A stretch of 64,000 nt of DNA from Eledone cirrhosa (GCA_964016885.1 OZ024740.1:215202001-215266000); one strand, 5' to 3'. Counted from the first letter of the stretch, positions 1-13,639 are shown. Notes: generated by a model from the sequence alone, not told the origin. Numbers and translations are program-made.

Positions 1-380
1 GGTCGGATCAGATCTGATTCCAAATCAGATTCGATAATACAGGCTGTCTGATAGTAATGATTAAAAATAGACATCAGATCCGATGTCAGGTCAGATCAGA
101 TCAGATCCGATGCCAGTTCAAATCTGATAATACAGGCAGTCTGATAGTGTTGACTAATAATATAAACATCAGATTTGACCCCGGATGAGATCTGATAATA
201 CAGGTAGTCTGATAGTGTTCACTAATATTACAGACATCAAATCTGATCCCAGATCAGATCCAATAATACAGGCAGTCTAATAGTATTGATTGATAATAAT
301 ACAAATATCAGATCAGATCAGATCCCGGATCAGAATCAATCCCGGATCAGATCCGATAATACAGGCAGTCTGAGAGTGTT
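1..380. repeat. Degenerate GATC-rich minisatellite (about 70-90 bp units)
   Basis: About 5 recurrences of GATAATACAGGCAGTCTGATAGT separated by (GATCA)n-like tracts. Confidence 0.75.
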
Positions 381-624
381 ATGATAACTTTATAATATAT
401 CGTTTATATTGGAATATAAGCTGACCCCAGTATTTTATGTGCGAGAAATGGGCAAAAATCCAAACTTTATTTACATAGAATTTGAAGTTGGTGAAAAATC
501 ATCAAATATAAACCAACCCTGCTTCTACCATCGAATGTTTTGGTCATATATTCCTTGGCTTATATTCAAGTATATACGGTAATATAAAAAAAAATTCTTT
601 GCATACAAAGTCAACTAATATTAC

Positions 625-797
625 CTGATCACCATTTTCTTCAGAAAATGTGACGGATGTAAGTTTGTAGTTACTGAGCAATAAATATTCATTAACTAAA
701 AAGTTAAGGGCTTTCTTTTCCAAAAGCTTGATAATTTCTTCTTTACCATCTGATACCAAACCTTCTCGGCCTTGTTCTGGAGAGGCAAGTTCAGTTT
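625..797 (-). CDS. RELCH: RELCH coding exon 4 (LisH motif)
   Basis: Acceptor tattgcacag| and phase-0 donor CAG|GTAAT. Encodes TELASPEQGREGLVSDGKEEIIKLLEKKALNFLVNEYLLLSNYKLTSVTFSEENGDQ, the RELCH LisH region. The gene continues beyond the left edge. Confidence 0.92.
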
Positions 798-1320
798 CTG
801 TGCAATAAATTCAAAGAATGTTCATGGCATTGTTTTAGATAAATGAAAAATAATATAGAAATATAGACAAGATGATTGGATAACACCCATAAACTTGGTT
901 GGTCTTGCTTAAGGATCCAGTAAGGACCATTTACAGAGTCTCTTTTGATAGGATCCCCTGGAAGGAATGTCAGAGGACTCTGTCCCAACTCTCTCAGGAG
1001 TAAGTGGTAAAGGGGGAAGAAGAGAGAGAGGAGTCTATGGTTTACACAGTGGAAGAAGGTGGGGTGTGTATAACCTTCTTTAGGGCCTCAATGACTGCTC
1101 AATGACTAAGAAGAATGGAGGGGGGGGGGGGGGGGGTAGTTATATCCTCAGCCTAAAGACCTGCTCCATTGCTTGTAACAGAGTGAACACCACAGTAATC
1201 ATCAAATGGCCAGGTGGTGGCTTTATGCCAGGTGACAGATTAAGTCTGCCTCCCACAAAACACAAGCTTCCAAACAAATATCTGTCTCTCAAATTTCACT
1301 TACAAAGCTATTGTCAATTT

Positions 1321-1400
1321 GTGGCTATAGTTGACCTGTGGCTATAGTTGACCTGTGGCTATAGTTGACCTGTGGCTATGGTTGACCTGTGGCTATAGTT
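1321..1400. repeat. 17-bp tandem repeat GTGGCTATAGTTGACCT, about 5 copies
   Basis: Directly visible, inside a SINE-like remnant. Confidence 0.9.
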
Positions 1401-1780
1401 AAAGACACTTTCCCAAAGCACCATTGTGTGGGACCACACCTTATGAAATATAGACCTTAACCACAGTAAAGCTTATGCCAATGTTTTTATTCATATCCTA
1501 TTATATTTATCAATCATCAGTACATCTTCGATCAAATTTATTCCTTCCACAACTAAAAATCAATGCAGTAGTTCTGCTTTGAAATTTTTCAAGATTTAAA
1601 ACATAAATAAATCTAAGTTAAATTCTATAAATATATGTTGGTGTTAGGAAGGGCATCCAGCCGTAGAAAACCTGCCAGATAGTCCTATATGAGCGAGACA
1701 CGGTCACCCAACCAACCTTGCCTCAAGTGGGACAACTCCCGTCTAACCCATGCTAGTGTGGAAGATGGATGTTAAACGAA

Positions 1781-1813
<33 letters not shown>

Positions 1814-1894
1814 ATATCAGTTTACACCCATAATAGAATATTCTTGATATTTCTGTTAAGAAATACCTTTTAAAAGAAAGTGTTAAATAATTGT

Positions 1895-2078
1895 TTCTAT
1901 CTTTGGCACAAGGCCATCAATAACCCAGTACATTACTGGTACTTTATTTTATCGTCCCCCGTAAGGATGAAAGGCAAAGTTAACCTCGGCGGGATTTGAA
2001 CTCAGACCGTAAAGGGACGTAGCTATGCTGGAAAGCATGGCGCTCGACCCTCTACCAATACTGCCAATCCACCGCCCT
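1895..2078 (-). mobile_element. tRNA-derived SINE, family A
   Basis: Reverse complement of the copy at 60822-61012. A-box-like TGGCAGTATTGGTAGAG and B-box GAGTTCAAATCC. Further copies or fragments near 7070, 15300, 15960, 24700, 24870, 35870-36300, 47525, 52710, 53660 and 63890. Confidence 0.85.
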
Positions 2079-2108
2079 CAAAAAAAGTGTTAAATAATAA
2101 ATGTTCAC

Positions 2109-2180
2109 TTGCACCTTTTGTGAGAGTTGCACGGAGTCCTTTTATTGTTTCATGGGCTTTTCTCAGCTCAAATTCAAGAA
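2109..2180 (-). CDS. RELCH: RELCH coding exon 3 (coiled coil)
   Basis: Acceptor ttttcactttcag|. Encodes (V)LEFELRKAHETIKGLRATLTK(GA), matching RELCH VLEFELRKAKETI. The donor is ambiguous: the exon ends at 2115 or 2109, both phase 1. Confidence 0.88.
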
Positions 2181-2385
2181 CTGAAAGTGAAAAGAAAACA
2201 TTATATACAAAAACTATTCAAACTATATATTAATGCTTGTTTTTTATTTAGAATCATGCATAAAGATATGTAAACATTAACTGAAAAAGTACTCAATATA
2301 TGTGAAGTCAACCCCGAAATGATACAAAAAGAAGTGGGAATCTTTGTTCAATCTCTTCTGATAAAAATTTAAACACATATCTTGC

Positions 2386-2387
<2 letters not shown>

Positions 2388-2451
<64 letters not shown>

Positions 2452-2457
2452 CTATCT
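2388..2457. repeat. (CT)n(CTAT)n microsatellite
   Basis: Directly visible. Confidence 0.95.
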
Positions 2458-2721
2458 CCTCTGTCTCTTCTCTGTATTTTTCTCACTTTTCTAAGACATA
2501 GAAGTTCCAATTTGAACATAACACTTTACACCAATAAAATGTACTTAGTACACTCTGAAAAAATGATTGGTGTTAAAAAGGGGTCAAATAGCTATAGAAA
2601 CTATACCAAACATTGAACATACCAGCAAAATGAGGTCTTCCAACCTGTCTCGAAGGGCAGTAACTCCAAAGAGGAACTGCCTCAAACTGACCACCCAATC
2701 CAACCCATGGCAGCATGGAAA

Positions 2722-2724
2722 GGA

Positions 2725-2758
<34 letters not shown>

Positions 2759-2845
2759 GATGATGATGATGGCGGTGATGATGATGATGGTGATGGTAGT
2801 AATGATGGCGGTGATGATTATGATGATGATGATGATGATGATGAC
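2722..2845. repeat. (GAT/GGT)n microsatellite forming the tail of an RTE-type element
   Basis: Follows CCAACCCATGGCAGCATGGAAA, the shared RTE/SINE 3' end. Confidence 0.9.
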
Positions 2846-3179
2846 TTTAAATGCAAAGAATACAACTCAACTTCCCTCACAACAATCACATGCACTTCCC
2901 ACAGAGTGACAGCAATGTATCCATCAGATCTATTTACTGATATCCACAGTTATTTACACGAAAAAGGAACATTGGTAGTTAACAGACAAAGAGTTTCATA
3001 TATATATAAATATAGATTAATCTATATTTTCTCAGACTTCACAGATTACAAACTTTGTCGAAATCATAAGTTTCTTCCCATCAAATTAACTAGATCGATC
3101 TTCCTTTTTTACATTGTAAATGGGGACAGTTGTTGACAGTACTTAAAAGACTGGAAAGAAATAATGTTGCATGTTAACT

Positions 3180-5187
3180 TCATGTGATCGTCTTTTGAAC
3201 TTACAGTTAGATATATCACTCCACTGGTTGAACCAACAGATCATGTGGTCTGTTGAAGTTACAGTTACATATATCACTCCACTGGTTGAACCAACAGATC
3301 ATGTGGTCTGTTGAAGTTACAGTTACATATATCACTATTGGTTGAACAAACAGATCATGTGGTCTTTTGAACTTACAGTTAGATATATCACTCCACTGGT
3401 TGAACCAACAGATCATGTGGTCTTTTGAACTTACAGTTAGATATATCACTCCACTGGTTGAACCAACAGATCATGTGGTCTTTTGAAATTAGTTACATAT
3501 ATCACCCCACTGGTTGAACCAACAGATCATGTGGTCTTTTGAACTTACAGTTACATATATCACTCCACTGGTTGAACCAACAGATCATGTGGTCTTTTGA
3601 AGTTACAGTTACATATATCACTCCACTGGTTGAACCAACAGATCATGTGGTCTTTTGAACTTACAGTTACATATATCACTCCACTGGTTGAACCAACAGA
3701 TCATGTGGTCTTTTGAACTTACAGTTAGATATATCACTCCACTGGTTGAACCAACAGATCATGTGGTCTTTTGAAATTAGTTACATATATCACCCCACTG
3801 GTTGAACCAACAGATCATGTGGTCTTTTGAACTTACAGTTACATATATCACTCCACTGGTTGAACCAACAGATCATGTGGTCTTTTGAAGTTACAGTTAC
3901 ATATATCACTCCACTGGTTGAACCAACAGATCATGTGGTCTTTTGAACTTACAGTTACATATATCACTCCACTGGTTGAACCAACAGATCATGTGGTCTT
4001 TTGAACTTACAGTTACATATATCACTCCACTGGTTGAACCAACAGATCATGTGGTCTTTTGAAATTAGTTACATATATCACTCCACTGGTTGAACCAACA
4101 GATCATGTGGTCTTTTGAAGTTACAGTTACATATATCACTCAACCGGTTGAACCAACAGATCATGTGGTCTTTTGAAGTTACAGTTACATATATCACTCA
4201 ACCGGTTGAACCAACAGATCATGTGGTCTTTTGAAGTTGCAGTTACATATATCACTCCACTGGTTGAACCAACAGATCATGTGGTCTTTTGAACTTACAG
4301 TTACATATATCACTCCACTGGTTGAACCAACAGATCATGTGGTCTTTTGAACTTACAGTTACATATATCACTCAACCGGTTGAACCAACAGATCATGTGG
4401 TCTGTTGAAGTTGCAGTTACATATATCACTCCACTGGTTGAACCAACAGATCATGTGGTCTGTTGAAGTTGCAGTTACATATATCACTCCACTGGTTGAA
4501 CCAACAGATCATGTGGTCTGTTGAAGTTGCAGTTACATATATCACTCCACTGGTTGAACCAACAGATCATGTGGTCTTTTGAACTTACAGTTACATATAT
4601 CACTCCACTGGTTGAACCAACAGATCATGTGGTCTTTTGAACTTACAGTTACATATATCACTCCACTGGTTGAACCAACAGATCATGTGGTCTTTTGAAC
4701 TTACAGTTACATATATCACTCCACTGGTTGAACCAACAGATCATGTGGTCTTTTGAAGTTACAGTTACATATATCACCCCACTGGTTGAACCAACAGATC
4801 ATGTGGTCTTTTGAACTTACAGTTACATATATCACTCCACTGGTTGAACCAACAGATCATGTGGTCTTTTGAACTTACAGTTACATATATCACTCCACTG
4901 GTTGAACCAACAGATCATGTGGTATTTTGAAGTTACAGTTACATATATCACTCCACTGGTTGAACCAACAGATCATGTGGTCTTTTGAAGTTACAGTTAC
5001 ATATATCACTCCACTGGTTGAACCAACAGATCATGTGGTCTTTTGAATTTACAGTTAGATATATCACTCCACTGGTTGAACCAACAGATCATGTGGTCTT
5101 TTGAACTTACAGTTACATATATCACTCCACTGGTTGAACCAACAGATCATGTGGTCTTTTGAAGTTGCAGTTACATATATCACTCCA
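3180..5187. repeat. 58-bp tandem satellite, about 34 copies
   Basis: Unit CACTCCACTGGTTGAACCAACAGATCATGTGGTCTTTTGAACTTACAGTTACATATAT. Period 58 (starts at 3217 and 3275). Highly homogeneous, with occasional 55-bp variants. Confidence 0.97.
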
Positions 5188-6920
5188 CTAGCAGAAGTGC
5201 CCGGCGTTGCTCGGGGCTGAGGAACTGATGTATTATAATGAATATTCCATCTCGTTTGGTTTGCAGGCCTGGTGTGTCATGGTCTCTGTTAACTACGGTA
5301 TATATAATCTGGCTGCAGCTAGAAAAATAGACATACCGCAGCAGGGTTTGTACCTACATAGGTGATCCCCTGTCTATTTGACTTTTGCCTGACCTAACTG
5401 AGGTCGTAGGTGAAAGGGATAGGATCAATCACTTTTTGACAGGACAAAGAAAACGTTTGTTGGTGCCTGTTTATGTCGTGGTTTTGGGTTCAATCCCTAA
5501 TTTTTTTATTCCTTACTGAAAGTACTTAATGAACCTGTGAAAGTCCCTAGCAGTTAAGAATGAGAAATTGAATTGTTTCTGGCGCGATTGTACTCTCGTC
5601 ATTGTTAACGAAAACTACATTGAAACACGCACACACACACGTGTGTATTGACGGTAATACACACACACACACATGCTAACGGCGACATAACATTTACCGG
5701 TTATATAAACTTTTCATGCTATATAACATCGTACTGACTACATAGCCTTTTACCTGCTACATAGCTTTACCGGCTACATAATGAATACCGGCTACGCAAT
5801 TGATCTTGTTGTTTAAGGAAGTCTGCGAATAGTGTTTAAAAAAATTATTTGTTAACTCACATGATGTGAAAATGAAAATAATTATGTCTGATTTTACGAT
5901 TGAATGAAAATAATTGTCGCAAATTAGAATTTTTATTTGTTAATGAAGTGTGTATGTGTGGTTAGAAATCCGGCACGTGGTTAAATTGATTTAAAGTTTA
6001 ATTATTCATTTGATGTGTATGTGTGTTTGTATGTGTTTGCAAATAAATAAATCAGTTTGAAGACTCACATTTAGAATAAACGAAATTGTACGTTAATGTG
6101 GCTAATGTTTTTGTTGTTTAGTCTGTAAAGTGTATGAGTGAGAGAGTAAAACAGACAGTATCACCATCAACACGAACAATGTAAAATGAAAAGAATAGTT
6201 GTTTCAGCTTGGAAAGAGAAAGTAGCAGATTAAAAAATTATTTGTTAACTCACATGATGTGAAATGGAAGGGTAGTATTATCGCCATGAAGATTAACAAC
6301 CGAAAATGAAAATAATTATGTCGTTTGATTTTACGATTGAAAGAAAATAATTGTCGTAAATTAGAATTTTGATTTGTTAATGAAGTGTGTATGTGTGGTT
6401 AGAAATCCGGCACGTGGTTAAATTGATTTAAAGTTTAATTATTCATTTGATGTGTATGTGTGTTTGTATGTGTTTGCAAATAAATAAATCAGTTTGAAGA
6501 CTCACATTTAGAATAAACAAAATTGTACGTTAATGTGGCTAATGTTTTTGTTGTTTAGTCTGTAAAGTGTATGAGTGAGAGAGTAAAACGGACAGTATCA
6601 CCATCAACATGAACAATGTAAAATGAAAAGAATAGTTGTTTCAGCTTGGAAAGAGAAAGTAGCAGAAAGTATGAAGTTGTATAGATTTTGAAGGTTAATG
6701 GAAAGAGTTTAGCACTTGAAATGAGAGAGGAAAAACGTAAAATATTGAGTTTTATCGATTTTTTGCGTAATTGTGGGTGAAATTGAAAAAAATTATATGT
6801 GCCAAGACCCAATCGAAGCTATTTCGAATACTGAATTGTAAATTTCAATTGAAGAAATTCTATATCGTAGATTTCTATAACAAAGAAACATGACCATGCG
6901 CTGAGCTTTATAGATTATGA
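5188..6920 (-). mobile_element. Non-autonomous Helitron with an internal ~400-bp tandem duplication
   Basis: Minus strand reads A|TCATAATCTATA...CCCGAGCAACGCCGGG (hairpin)...CTAG|T, with no TSD. Duplicated blocks at ~5840-6229 and ~6232-6666. Confidence 0.85.
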
Positions 6921-7599
6921 TTCATTGAACCAACAGATCAATGACAGGATCATAGAAGAGAACAAACATAAAATACGACAAGTGAGAATTTATTCTTCAA
7001 TGCTTCCTTTTCTTTGTGAGAGAATATGATTGTCTCAATATATCTTACAATTTTACATTATGGTCTCTGTTTTAGGCACAAGGCCAACAACTTTTTTTTG
7101 AGGGGGGGGGGGGGAATCAACGCCAGTACATTACTGGTACTCATTTTTATTGACTGTGTAAGGATGAAAGACAAATCTAACCTTGGCAGAATTTAAACTC
7201 AGAATGTAAAAAACATAACTATAATGCTGCAAAACTTGTCCAATGATCTATTGATACTGCGAATATATGGCCTTTTTTTACATTATAACATGTGTGTGTG
7301 TGAGAGAGAGAGAGAGGGGGGGAGAAGGAGAGAGAGAGAGCAGAGAGAGAGAGATAGAGAGAGAAAAGGAGAGAGAAAGAGAGAGAGGGGGGGACTAAAA
7401 AAGTGTTGTGTATGCGGAAGAGACTAAAAATGTGATAAGTCTCCCAGCTAGGATATCACTGAGAAAGCAAGAATAAATATAAACACTCAGTTAATTTTTA
7501 GTTAATTAAATAAATATTCAGTTATTTACAATGCTACTAAATAATGATTATCATGAGTTTGATATCTCATCATTTTATTATATTATTTTATCACATTAC

Positions 7600-7875
7600 T
7601 ACATAACTACAAACTCCACACCACTACAAACCACACACCACTACAAACCACACAGTACAAACCACACACTACAAACAACACACGCTACAAACCACACATT
7701 ACAAACCACACACTACACACCACACATTATTACAAACCACACACTACACACCACACATTATTACAAACCACACACTACACACCACACACTACACACCACA
7801 CATTACTACAAACCACACATTACTACAAACCACACATTACTACAAACCACACACTACAAACCACACACACTACAA
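7600..7875. repeat. CA-rich degenerate minisatellite (ACAAACCACACACT-like)
   Basis: Directly visible. Confidence 0.9.
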
Positions 7876-7972
7876 TATCAACAACAGCCATAAAAACTTT
7901 CTTGAAGTTTTCATAAGTATAAAAAATATTTCATTTCAGACGGTGGAATGTAAAAAGAAATCTACTTATGAT

Positions 7973-10900
7973 TGGTGATAGTGGTGGTGGTAATGGTGGT
8001 GGTAATGGTGGTGATAGTGGTGGTGATAGTGGCGGTATAGTGGTGGTGATAGTGGTGGTGATAGTGGTGGTGGTAATGGTGGTGGTAATGGTGGTGATAG
8101 TGGTGGTGATAGTGGTGGTGATAGTGGTGGTGATAGTGGTGGTGATAGTGGTGGTATAGTGGTGAATAGTGGTGGTATAGTGGTGAATAGTGGTGGTGAT
8201 AGTGGTGGTGATAGTGGTGGTATAGTGGTGGTATAGTGGTGGTTATAGTGGTGGTTATAATGGTGGTATAATGGTGGTAATAGTGGTGGTATAGTGGTGG
8301 CGATAGTGGTGGTGATAGTGGTGGTGATAGTGGTGGTATAGTTGTGGTATAGTTGTGGTATAGTTGTGGTATAGTGGTGGTGGTATAGTGGTGGTATAGT
8401 GGTGGTGATAGTTATGGTGGTATAGTGGTGGTGATAGTGGTGGTGATAGTGGTGGTATAGTGGTGGTGATAGTGGTGGTATAGTGGTGGTGATAGCGGTG
8501 GTGATAGCGGTGGTGATAGCGGTGGTGATAGCGGTGGTGATAGCGGTGGTGATAGTGGTGGTGATGATAGCGGTGGTGATAGCGGTGGTGATAGTGGTGA
8601 TAGTGGTGGTGATAGTGGTGGTAGTGGTGGTGATAGTGATGGTATAGTGGTGGTAGTGGTGGTGATAGTGATGGTATAGTGGTGGTGGTATAGTGGTTGT
8701 AGTGGTGGTGATAGTGGTGGTGATAGTGGTGGTGATAGTGGTGGTATAGTTGTGGTATAGTTGTGGTATAGTGGTGGTGATAGTGATGGTGATAGTGGTG
8801 GCATAGTGGTGGCATAGTGGTGGTGATAGTGGTGGTGATAATGATGGTATAGTGGTGGTGATAGTAGTGGTATAGTGGTGGTTATAGTTGTGGTATAGTG
8901 GTGGTGATAGTGGTGGTGATAGTGGTGGTGATAGTGGTGGTGATAGTGGTGGTGATAGTGGTGGTCATAGTGGTGGTCATAGTGGTGGTGATAGTGGTGG
9001 TGATAGTGGTGGTGATAGTGGTGGTGATAGTGGTGGTATAGTGGTGGTGATGGTGGTGGTGATGGTGGTGATATTGGTGGTGATAGTGGTGGTATAGTGG
9101 TGGTGATAATGATGGTATAGTGGTGGTGATAGTGGTGGCATAGTGGTGGTGATAATGATGGTGATAGTGGTGGTAATAGTGATGGTGATAGAGGTGGTAA
9201 TAGTGATGGTGATAGTGGTGGTGATAGTGATGGTGATAGTATAGTGGTGGTATAGTGGTGGTATAGTGGTGGTGGTGATAGTAGTGGTATAGTGGTGGTA
9301 TAGTGGTGGTGATAGTGGTGGTGAATGATAGTGGTGATAGTGGTGGTAATAGTGGTGGTGATAGTGGTGGTGATAGTGGTGGTTATAGTTGTGGTATAGT
9401 GGTGGTATAGTGGTGGTTATAGTTGTGGTATAGTGGTGGTTATAGTTGTGGTATAGTGGTGGTATAGCGGTGGTGATAGTGGTGGTGATAATGGTGGTAT
9501 AGTGGTGGTATAGTGGCGGTGATAGTGGCGGTGATAGTGGTGGTGATAGTGGTGGTGATAGTGGTGGTGATAGTGGTGGTATAGTGGTGGTGATGGTGGT
9601 GGTGATGGTGGTGATATTGGTGGTGATAGTGGTGGTATAGTGGTGGTGATAATGATGGTATAGTGGTGGTGATAGTGGTGGTATAGTGGTGGTGATAGTG
9701 ATGGTATAGTGGTGGTAGTGGTGGTGATAGTGGTGGTGGTATAGTGGTTGTAGTGGTGGTGATAGTGCTGGTGATAGTGGTGGTGATAGTGGTGGTGATA
9801 GTGGTGGTGATAGTGGTGGTATAGTTGTGGTATAGTGGTGGTGTAGTGGTGGTGATAGTGGTGGTGATAGTGATGGTGATAGTGGTGGTGATAGTGATGG
9901 TGATAGTGATGGTGATAGTGGTGGCATAGTGGTGGCATAGTGGTGGTGATAGTGGTGATAGTGGTGGTGATAGTGGTGGTGATAATGATGGTATAGTGGT
10001 GGTGATAGTGGTGGTGATAGTGGTGGTGATAGTGGTGGCATAGTGGTGGTATAGTGGTGGTGATGGTGGTGGTGGTGGTGATGGTGGTATGGTGGTGATA
10101 TTGGTGGTGATAGTGGTGGTATAGTGGTGGTGATAATGATGGTATAGTGGTGGTGATAGTGGTGGTGATAGTGGTGGTATAGTGGTGGTATAGTGGTGGT
10201 GATAGTGGTGGCATAGTGGTGGTGATAATGATGGTGATAGTGGTGGTAATAGTGATGGTGATAGTATAGTGGTGGTATAGTGGTGGTATAGTGGTGGTGG
10301 TGATAGTGGTGGTATAGTGGTGGTGATAGTGGTGGTGATAATGATGGTGATAGTGGTGGTAATAGTGATGGTGATAGTGGTGGTAATAGTGATGGTGATA
10401 GAGGTGGTAATAGTGATGGTGATGGTGATAGTGATGGTGATAGTATAGTGGCGGTATAGTGGTGGTGGTGATAGTAGTGGTATAGTGGTGGTATAGTGGT
10501 GGTGATAGTGGTGGTGAATGATAGTGGTGATAGTGGTGGTATAGTGGTGGTGATAGTGGTGGTATAGTGGTGGTTATAGTTGTGGTATAGTGGTGGTATA
10601 GTGGTGGTGATAGTGGTGGTTATAGTTGTGGTATAGGGGTGGTTATAGTTGTGGTATAGTGGTGGTATAGCGGTGGTGATAGTGGTGGTATAGTGGTGGT
10701 AATAGTGGTGGTAATAGTGGTGGTAATAGTGGTGGTGATAGTGGTGGTATAGTGGTGGTATAGTGGTTTTATAGTGGTGGTGATAGTGGTGGTGATAGAG
10801 GTGGTGATAGTGGTGGTGGTATAGTGGTGGTGACAGTGGTGGTGATAGTGGTGGTGATAGTGGTGGTGATAGTGGTGGTGATAGTGGTGGTATAGTTGTG

Positions 10901-13166
10901 GTATAGTGGTGGTGTAGTGGTGGTGATAGTGGTGGTGATAGTGATGGTGATAGTGGTGGTGATAGTGATGGTGATAGTGGTGGTGATAGTGATGGTGATA
11001 GTGGTGGCATAGTGGTGGCATAGTGGTGGTGATAGTGGTGGTGATAGTGGTGGTGATAGTGGTGGTATAGTGGTGGTGATGGTGGTGGTGATGGTGGTGA
11101 TATTGGTGGTGATAGTGGTGGTATAGTGGTGGTGATAATGATGGTATAGTGGTGGTGATAGTGGTGGTATAGTGGTGGTGATAGTGGTGGCATAGTGGTG
11201 GTGATAATGATGGTGATAGTGGTGGTAATAGTGATGGTGATAGAGGTGGTAATAGTGATGGTGATAGTATAGTGGTGGTATAGTGGTGGTATAGTGGTGG
11301 TGGTGATAGTGGTGGTATAGTGGTGGTGATAGTGGTGGTGATAGTGGTGGTGATAGTGGTGGTATAGTGGTGGTTATAGTGGTGGTATAGTGGTGGTTAT
11401 AGTTGTGGTATAGTGGTGGTATAGTGGTGGTGATAGTGGTGGTATAGTGGTGGTGATAGTGGTGGTATAGTGGTGGTTATAGTTGTGGTATAGTGGTGGT
11501 ATAGCGGTGGTGATAGTGGTGGTATAGTGGTGGTGATAGTGGTGGTATAGTGGTGGTGATAGTGGTGGTGAATGATAGTGGTGATATAGTGGTGGTGATA
11601 GTGATGGTATAGTGGTGGTAGTGGTGGTGATAGTGGTGGTGGTATAGTGGTTGTAGTGGTGGTGATAGTGGTGGTGATAGTGGTGGTGATAGTGGTGGTG
11701 ATAGTGGTGGTATAGTTGTGGTATAGTGGTGGTGTAGTGGTGGTGATAGTGGTGGTGATAGTGATGGTGATAGTGATGGTGATAGTGGTGGTGATAGTGG
11801 TGGTGATAGTGGTGGTGATAGTGGTGGTGATAGTGATGGTGATAGTGATGGTGATAGTGGTGGCATAGTGGTGGTGATAGTGGTGATAGTGGTGGTGATA
11901 GTGGTGGTGATAATGATGGTATAGTGGTGGTGATAGTGGCGGTGATAGTGGTGGTGATAGTGGTGGTGATAGTGGTGGCATAGTGGTGGTATAGTGGTGG
12001 TGATGGTGGTGGTGATGGTGGTATGGTGGTGATATTGGTGGTGATAGTGGTGGTATAGTGGTGGTGATAATGATGGTATAGTGGTGGTGATAGTGGTGGT
12101 GATAGTGGTGGTATAGTGGTGGTATAGTGGTGGTGATAGTGGTGGCATAGTGGTGGTGATAATGATGGTGATAGTGGTGGTAATAGTGATGGTGATAGTG
12201 GTGGTAATAGTGATGGTGATAGAGGTGGTAATAGTGATGGTGATAGTGGTGGTGATAGTGATGGTGATAGTATAGTGGCGGTATAGTGGTGGTATAGTGG
12301 TGGTGGTGATAGTAGTGGTATAGTGGTGGTATAGTGGTGGTGATAGTGGTGGTGAATGATGGTGGTATAGTGGTGGTGATAGTGGTGGTATAGTGGTGGT
12401 TATAGTTGTGGTATAGTGGTGGTATAGTGGTGGTGATAGTGGTGGTGATAGTGGTGGTTATAGTTGTGGTATAGTGGTGGTTAGCGGTGGTGATAGTGGT
12501 GGTATAGTGGTGGTGATAGTGGTGGTAATAGTGGTGGTGATAGTGGTGGTAATAGTGGTGGTGATAGTGGTGGTATAGTGGTGGTATAGTGGTTTTATAG
12601 TGGTGGTGATAGTGGTGGTGATAGTGGTGGTGATAGTGGTGGTGGTATAGTGGTGGCATAGTGGTGGTGGTATAGTGGTGGTGATAATGGTGGTATAGTG
12701 GTGGTGATAATGGTGGTATAGTGGTGCTGATAGCGGTGGTATAGTGGTGCTGATAGCGGTGGTATAGTGGTGGTGGTATAGTGGTGGTGATAGTGGTGGT
12801 ATAGTGGTGGTGATAGTGGTGGTGATAATGATGGTATAGTGGTGGTGATAGTAGTGGTATAGTGGTGGTTATAGTTGTGGTATAGTGGTGGTTATAGTTG
12901 TGGTATAGTGGTGGTTATAGTTGTGGTATAGTTGTGGTTATAGTTGTGGTATAGTTGTGGTATAGTGGTGGTATAGTTGTGGTATAGTTGTGGTATAGTT
13001 GTGGTATAGTGGTGGTATAGCGGTGGTGATAGTGGTGGTATAGTGGTGGTTATAGTGGTGGTGATAGTGGTGGTATAGTGGTGGTGATAATGATGGTATA
13101 ATGGTGGTATAGTGGTGGTATAGTGGTGGTGATAGTGGTGGTGATAATGATGGTATAGTGGTGGCA
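7973..13166. repeat. 5.2-kb complex G/T-rich satellite of GATAGTGGTGGT / TATAGTGGTGG units
   Basis: 11-12-nt units with variants. Source of the His/Thr/Pro pseudo-ORFs. Confidence 0.97.
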
Positions 13167-13639
13167 ATGATCAAACACTGCACAGATGTCAGATTTGAAT
13201 AATATTAAGAGTGATAACAGAGAAAGAAATGTATTGCGCACTAATATTAGTTACATTAAAATATTTACTATTGTTGTAATAATTACAGTAATTTCTATTT
13301 TACATCCTGAAAGGTTCTATTATTTCCTAAGGACTTTGACATGCCTGCTACTTATCTATTTCCCCCCAAAATCAAACTTCAACACAACCTCTAGTGAATG
13401 GCACACTGATAAATGAATATTGTTAAACAATATTAGAAACTGAACATAGCTTCAGTAAAGGAAACTACACCATCCCTTTATTTTAAACAATATTTAAACT
13501 TTTATTCAACAAATATCAGGACTATAAATGAAGACCTCACCTAAAAATCATCAAAATCTTAATACTACGAAATACTACAAAGTCTAATTTTTTAAAATCT
13601 AGTTTGATAAATACATATAAAAAAAATCCAAAAGATATA

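Noticed and set aside
2567-3136. Asp-rich 189-aa ORF
   Set aside because: It spans a (GAT)n retroelement tail and AT-rich intron sequence.
3180-5187. 58-bp and 56-bp arrays as CRISPR-like arrays
   Set aside because: The units are contiguous with no unique spacers, there are no cas genes, and the context is a eukaryotic intron.
8255-13241. Long His/Thr/Pro-rich ORFs (up to 738 aa)
   Set aside because: They are translations of the satellite, open in several frames and shifting frame with 11- versus 12-nt units.
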